This document shows, piece after piece, positions 33,335-35,306 of a stretch of 35,306 nt of DNA. The notes below the pieces were generated by a model. That model did not search any database. It was not told the origin of the DNA and saw nothing but the letters and a program-made list of their open reading frames with translations. Positions within the stretch are counted from its first letter, which is position 1. The number at the start of each line of letters is the position of its first letter. Position numbers and translations under genes: made by a program. This DNA is from an uncultured Bacteroidales bacterium (GTDB lineage: Bacteria; Bacteroidota; Bacteroidia; Bacteroidales; UBA10428), in assembly GCA_964495025.1 (NCBI GenBank), contig CAZBUF010000557.1, positions 1 through 35,306 of the forward strand, given 5' to 3'.

Positions 33335-34453
33335 TCAGGGTTCAATACTACCTTCAATCCATAATACTGTTTTTGGATTTTTCGGATCGTTCGTGATAAC
33401 TGTTATCATCTTCTTCTGGTCGCCGACTCTGCCGGATGAGTTAAAAATTGTTTTTATCTGGGTGGAACGGCCGGGCGGAATGATTTGCTTTTTCGGTGTT
33501 ACAGCCGTGCAGCCGCAGGTCGCCCATACTCTTCTTATTATAAGGTCACTCTCCCCGGTATTCTTAATGACAAAATCGTATTCTATTTTTTTACCCTGCT
33601 TGATGTTCCCGAAGTTAAATGTTTTTGATTCAATATATGATTCAGGGGCTTTTGCCAGTTCTTCAGGTGTAAGTTTGGAAAAATCTTCCCTGATAATAGC
33701 TGTAACTGTAATTATATTATTAGCCGGATTTTCGTCATTAACAAGGACGTGTAACCTGTGTATTATTCTGTCCCATTCATTAATGCTGGCCGAGTTAAAT
33801 GTGATTTCAACAGTTCCTTCCTCTGCCGGCTTCAAAATCTCAGGCTTAACATTTATTTCCAGAAAGTCCGGAATACTTGTAAAACCAATTTTAATAGGCT
33901 GCTCCTTTGATCCGTTCGCAATATCTATTACCTGTTTTTTAGTCTCACCTTTTATTACATCATTAAATCCCACGTGTGGGTTTTGAAGTCTCATATCCCC
34001 TATTTTAGCCCTGTATTTGGTGTTGATATGGCTCATTTTTGAGTCAATTAACTCACCCGTTCTTCCCGTATTGACCGTTCCCTTTATTCTCAAAACAACC
34101 GTACTTTGTTCCGCATTACTTTTTATGGTAATTGACTTGTCAAAAGGCCCCGGCCTTGATCTTGGATTGTAGAGTACTGCGATTGTTCCCATCAGGCCCG
34201 GCATGACCGGTTCTTTTGTCCATTCAGGAGTAGTGCAGCCACATGATGTCTTAACATTATTTATGATAAGAGGCACATACCCGGAATTCACATAATTAAA
34301 ATTATGATTAACGGGGCCGCCACTTTCTTCAATCTCCCCAAAATCATACATGTCTTCCTCAAATTCAATAATTGGCTTGTCAAATTGTGCCGATGCAGGT
34401 GATGCAAGAATAAAGGCAACGATTAGGTATGCTATTGGTATTAAGTTTTTCAT
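33335..34453 (-). CDS. DUF1573-family secreted protein with two terminal DUF1573 Ig-like modules.
   Basis: Signal peptide (AYLIVAFILASPASAQ). Two modules, each with FDFGEI/FNFGNI...N-x-G...L-x-I...CGCT (SCGCTTPEW and TCGCTAVTP). Confidence 0.75.
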   Translation of the reverse strand: MKNLIPIAYLIVAFILASPASAQFDKPIIEFEEDMYDFGEIEESGGPVNHNFNYVNSGYVPLIINNVKTSCGCTTPEWTKEPVMPGLMGTIAVLYNPRSRPGPFDKSITIKSNAEQSTVVLRIKGTVNTGRTGELIDSKMSHINTKYRAKIGDMRLQNPHVGFNDVIKGETKKQVIDIANGSKEQPIKIGFTSIPDFLEINVKPEILKPAEEGTVEITFNSASINEWDRIIHRLHVLVNDENPANNIITVTAIIREDFSKLTPEELAKAPESYIESKTFNFGNIKQGKKIEYDFVIKNTGESDLIIRRVWATCGCTAVTPKKQIIPPGRSTQIKTIFNSSGRVGDQKKMITVITNDPKNPKTVLWIEGSIEP

Positions 34454-34738
34454 CCGCTTGAAATTTTAATTAAAAATAGTTTATTTAAAAATTTGATAAT
34501 CCCGGTTAATATCGTGACAACCATTCGCTACGCCAGTTCTCACATGAATTTATTTTAATCATGATTGTTTTTGTATTTATATTAAAAAAATTCATGCTCG
34601 TTTCATTTAATATATTTATACGATTTTAACAAAAATATTCTTTTTATAGTTTTAATCAAAGACAACAAAATTAGAAAAAAATAAAAGAATAAGTTAATTT
34701 TATATTGTCTTTAACAGATTATATCTAGCTGAATACAG

Positions 34739-35306
34739 ATGATGATTAAACTGTTCAGGTTTTTATTTATTTCCGCAGTAATATTTTTTAATGTTCATAC
34801 CTATGGCCAGTTTTATAACGGGCATAAGATGAACTTTGGCAAGAACCGTGTGCAATACAACGATTTTTACTGGGAATTTTACCGCTATAAGAAGTTTGAT
34901 GCCTATTTTAATCAGCATGGCAGAGAGCTTGCACAGTATACAGCTGACTTTGCAATTAAAGAGATCGCCAGGATTGAGACCACATTCGACTATAATTTAG
35001 ATAAACGCATAATATTTATCATCTTCAACAAATTGTCGGATTTCCGGCAGAGTAATATCGGACTGGTAACCGGGACGGACGAGTACAATATCGGAGGTGT
35101 GACGACAGTAAGCAAGAATAAAGTGTTTTTATACGTTGAAGGAGACCTTGCCGATTTTGAGAAACAAATCACCGCTGCCATTACCAGGGTATTGATCAAT
35201 GAGATGTTGTACGGATTTGACCTGAAAGATAACGTGGCTAATTCAACATTGATTAATTTGCCCGAGTGGTATTTTGAAGGTTTGATTTCCTATATTTCCA
35301 ATGACT
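34739..35306 (+). CDS. Hypothetical secreted protein, 3' partial (continues beyond the right edge).
   Basis: Absent from the ORF track because there is no stop in the window. Hand translation from the ATG at 34739 gives 189 codons with no stop. It begins MMIKLFRFLFISAVIFFNVHTYGQ (signal peptide) and continues FYNGHKMNFGKNRVQYNDFYWEFYRY...NLPEWYFEGLISYISND. I do not recognise the family. The antisense ORF at 34990-35199 is a shadow. Confidence 0.6.
   Translation, partial: MMIKLFRFLFISAVIFFNVHTYGQFYNGHKMNFGKNRVQYNDFYWEFYRYKKFDAYFNQHGRELAQYTADFAIKEIARIETTFDYNLDKRIIFIIFNKLSDFRQSNIGLVTGTDEYNIGGVTTVSKNKVFLYVEGDLADFEKQITAAITRVLINEMLYGFDLKDNVANSTLINLPEWYFEGLISYISND

Noticed and set aside
34454-34738. 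285-bp very AT-rich spacer as a possible ncRNA, origin-like or mobile-element boundary.
   Set aside because: I saw no repeats, DnaA-box clusters, tRNA-like structure or inverted termini. It is most simply the divergent promoter region for the DUF1573 gene and the right-edge gene.
1-35306. Mobile element, prophage, defence island or biosynthetic gene cluster.
   Set aside because: I recognised no integrase, transposase, recombinase, phage structural, restriction-modification, toxin-antitoxin, Cas, NRPS/PKS or similar motifs in any long ORF. Composition appears uniform by eye across the window.

Overview
The window looks like a Bacteroidota chromosome segment. It is AT-rich and has SusC/SusD, a hybrid two-component regulator, T9SS C-terminal sorting domains, lipoprotein signal peptides and a TAnnTTTG-type -7 box. 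I support 22 protein genes and found no rRNA, tRNA, CRISPR array, transposase or integrase. There are three blocks. (1) 1-15278 is a minus-strand polysaccharide utilization locus: HTCS regulator, GH31 with a PA14 insert, SusC, SusD, an IPT/TIG surface lipoprotein, and a Big_2/T9SS protein that runs off the left edge. (2) 15410-24483 is a nickel island and is my main candidate for an undescribed system. It holds a minus-strand operon of nikR, a TonB-dependent receptor, a cluster-A periplasmic binding lipoprotein, a FecCD permease, an ATPase and a TrmO(TsaA)-FmdE-zinc-ribbon fusion. Divergent from nikR are a signal-peptide-bearing nucleoside-hydrolase-like/FmdE-like fusion and a His-rich-loop membrane transporter. 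Two 27-bp GTnnTAC-N13-GTGnTAC boxes sit where NikR operators would be expected. A GC-rich GGCTGTCCCC repeat family, including an identical 20-mer at two sites and a 20-bp-period tandem array, punctuates the island. (3) 24574-35306 is a minus-strand run: TPR-TM-PP2C(SpoIIE) phosphatase, a 5xPKD T9SS protein, hypB, hypA, an M1 metallopeptidase, a MeaB/ArgK GTPase and a DUF1573 protein. It ends with a plus-strand partial gene at the right edge. hypAB has no hydrogenase or other hyp genes in view, and MeaB has no mutase. Two edge-truncated CDSs (1-1700 minus, 34739-35306 plus) are missing from the ORF track. I confirmed both as open frames by hand translation. All homology calls rest on motif recognition by eye; no database search was possible.
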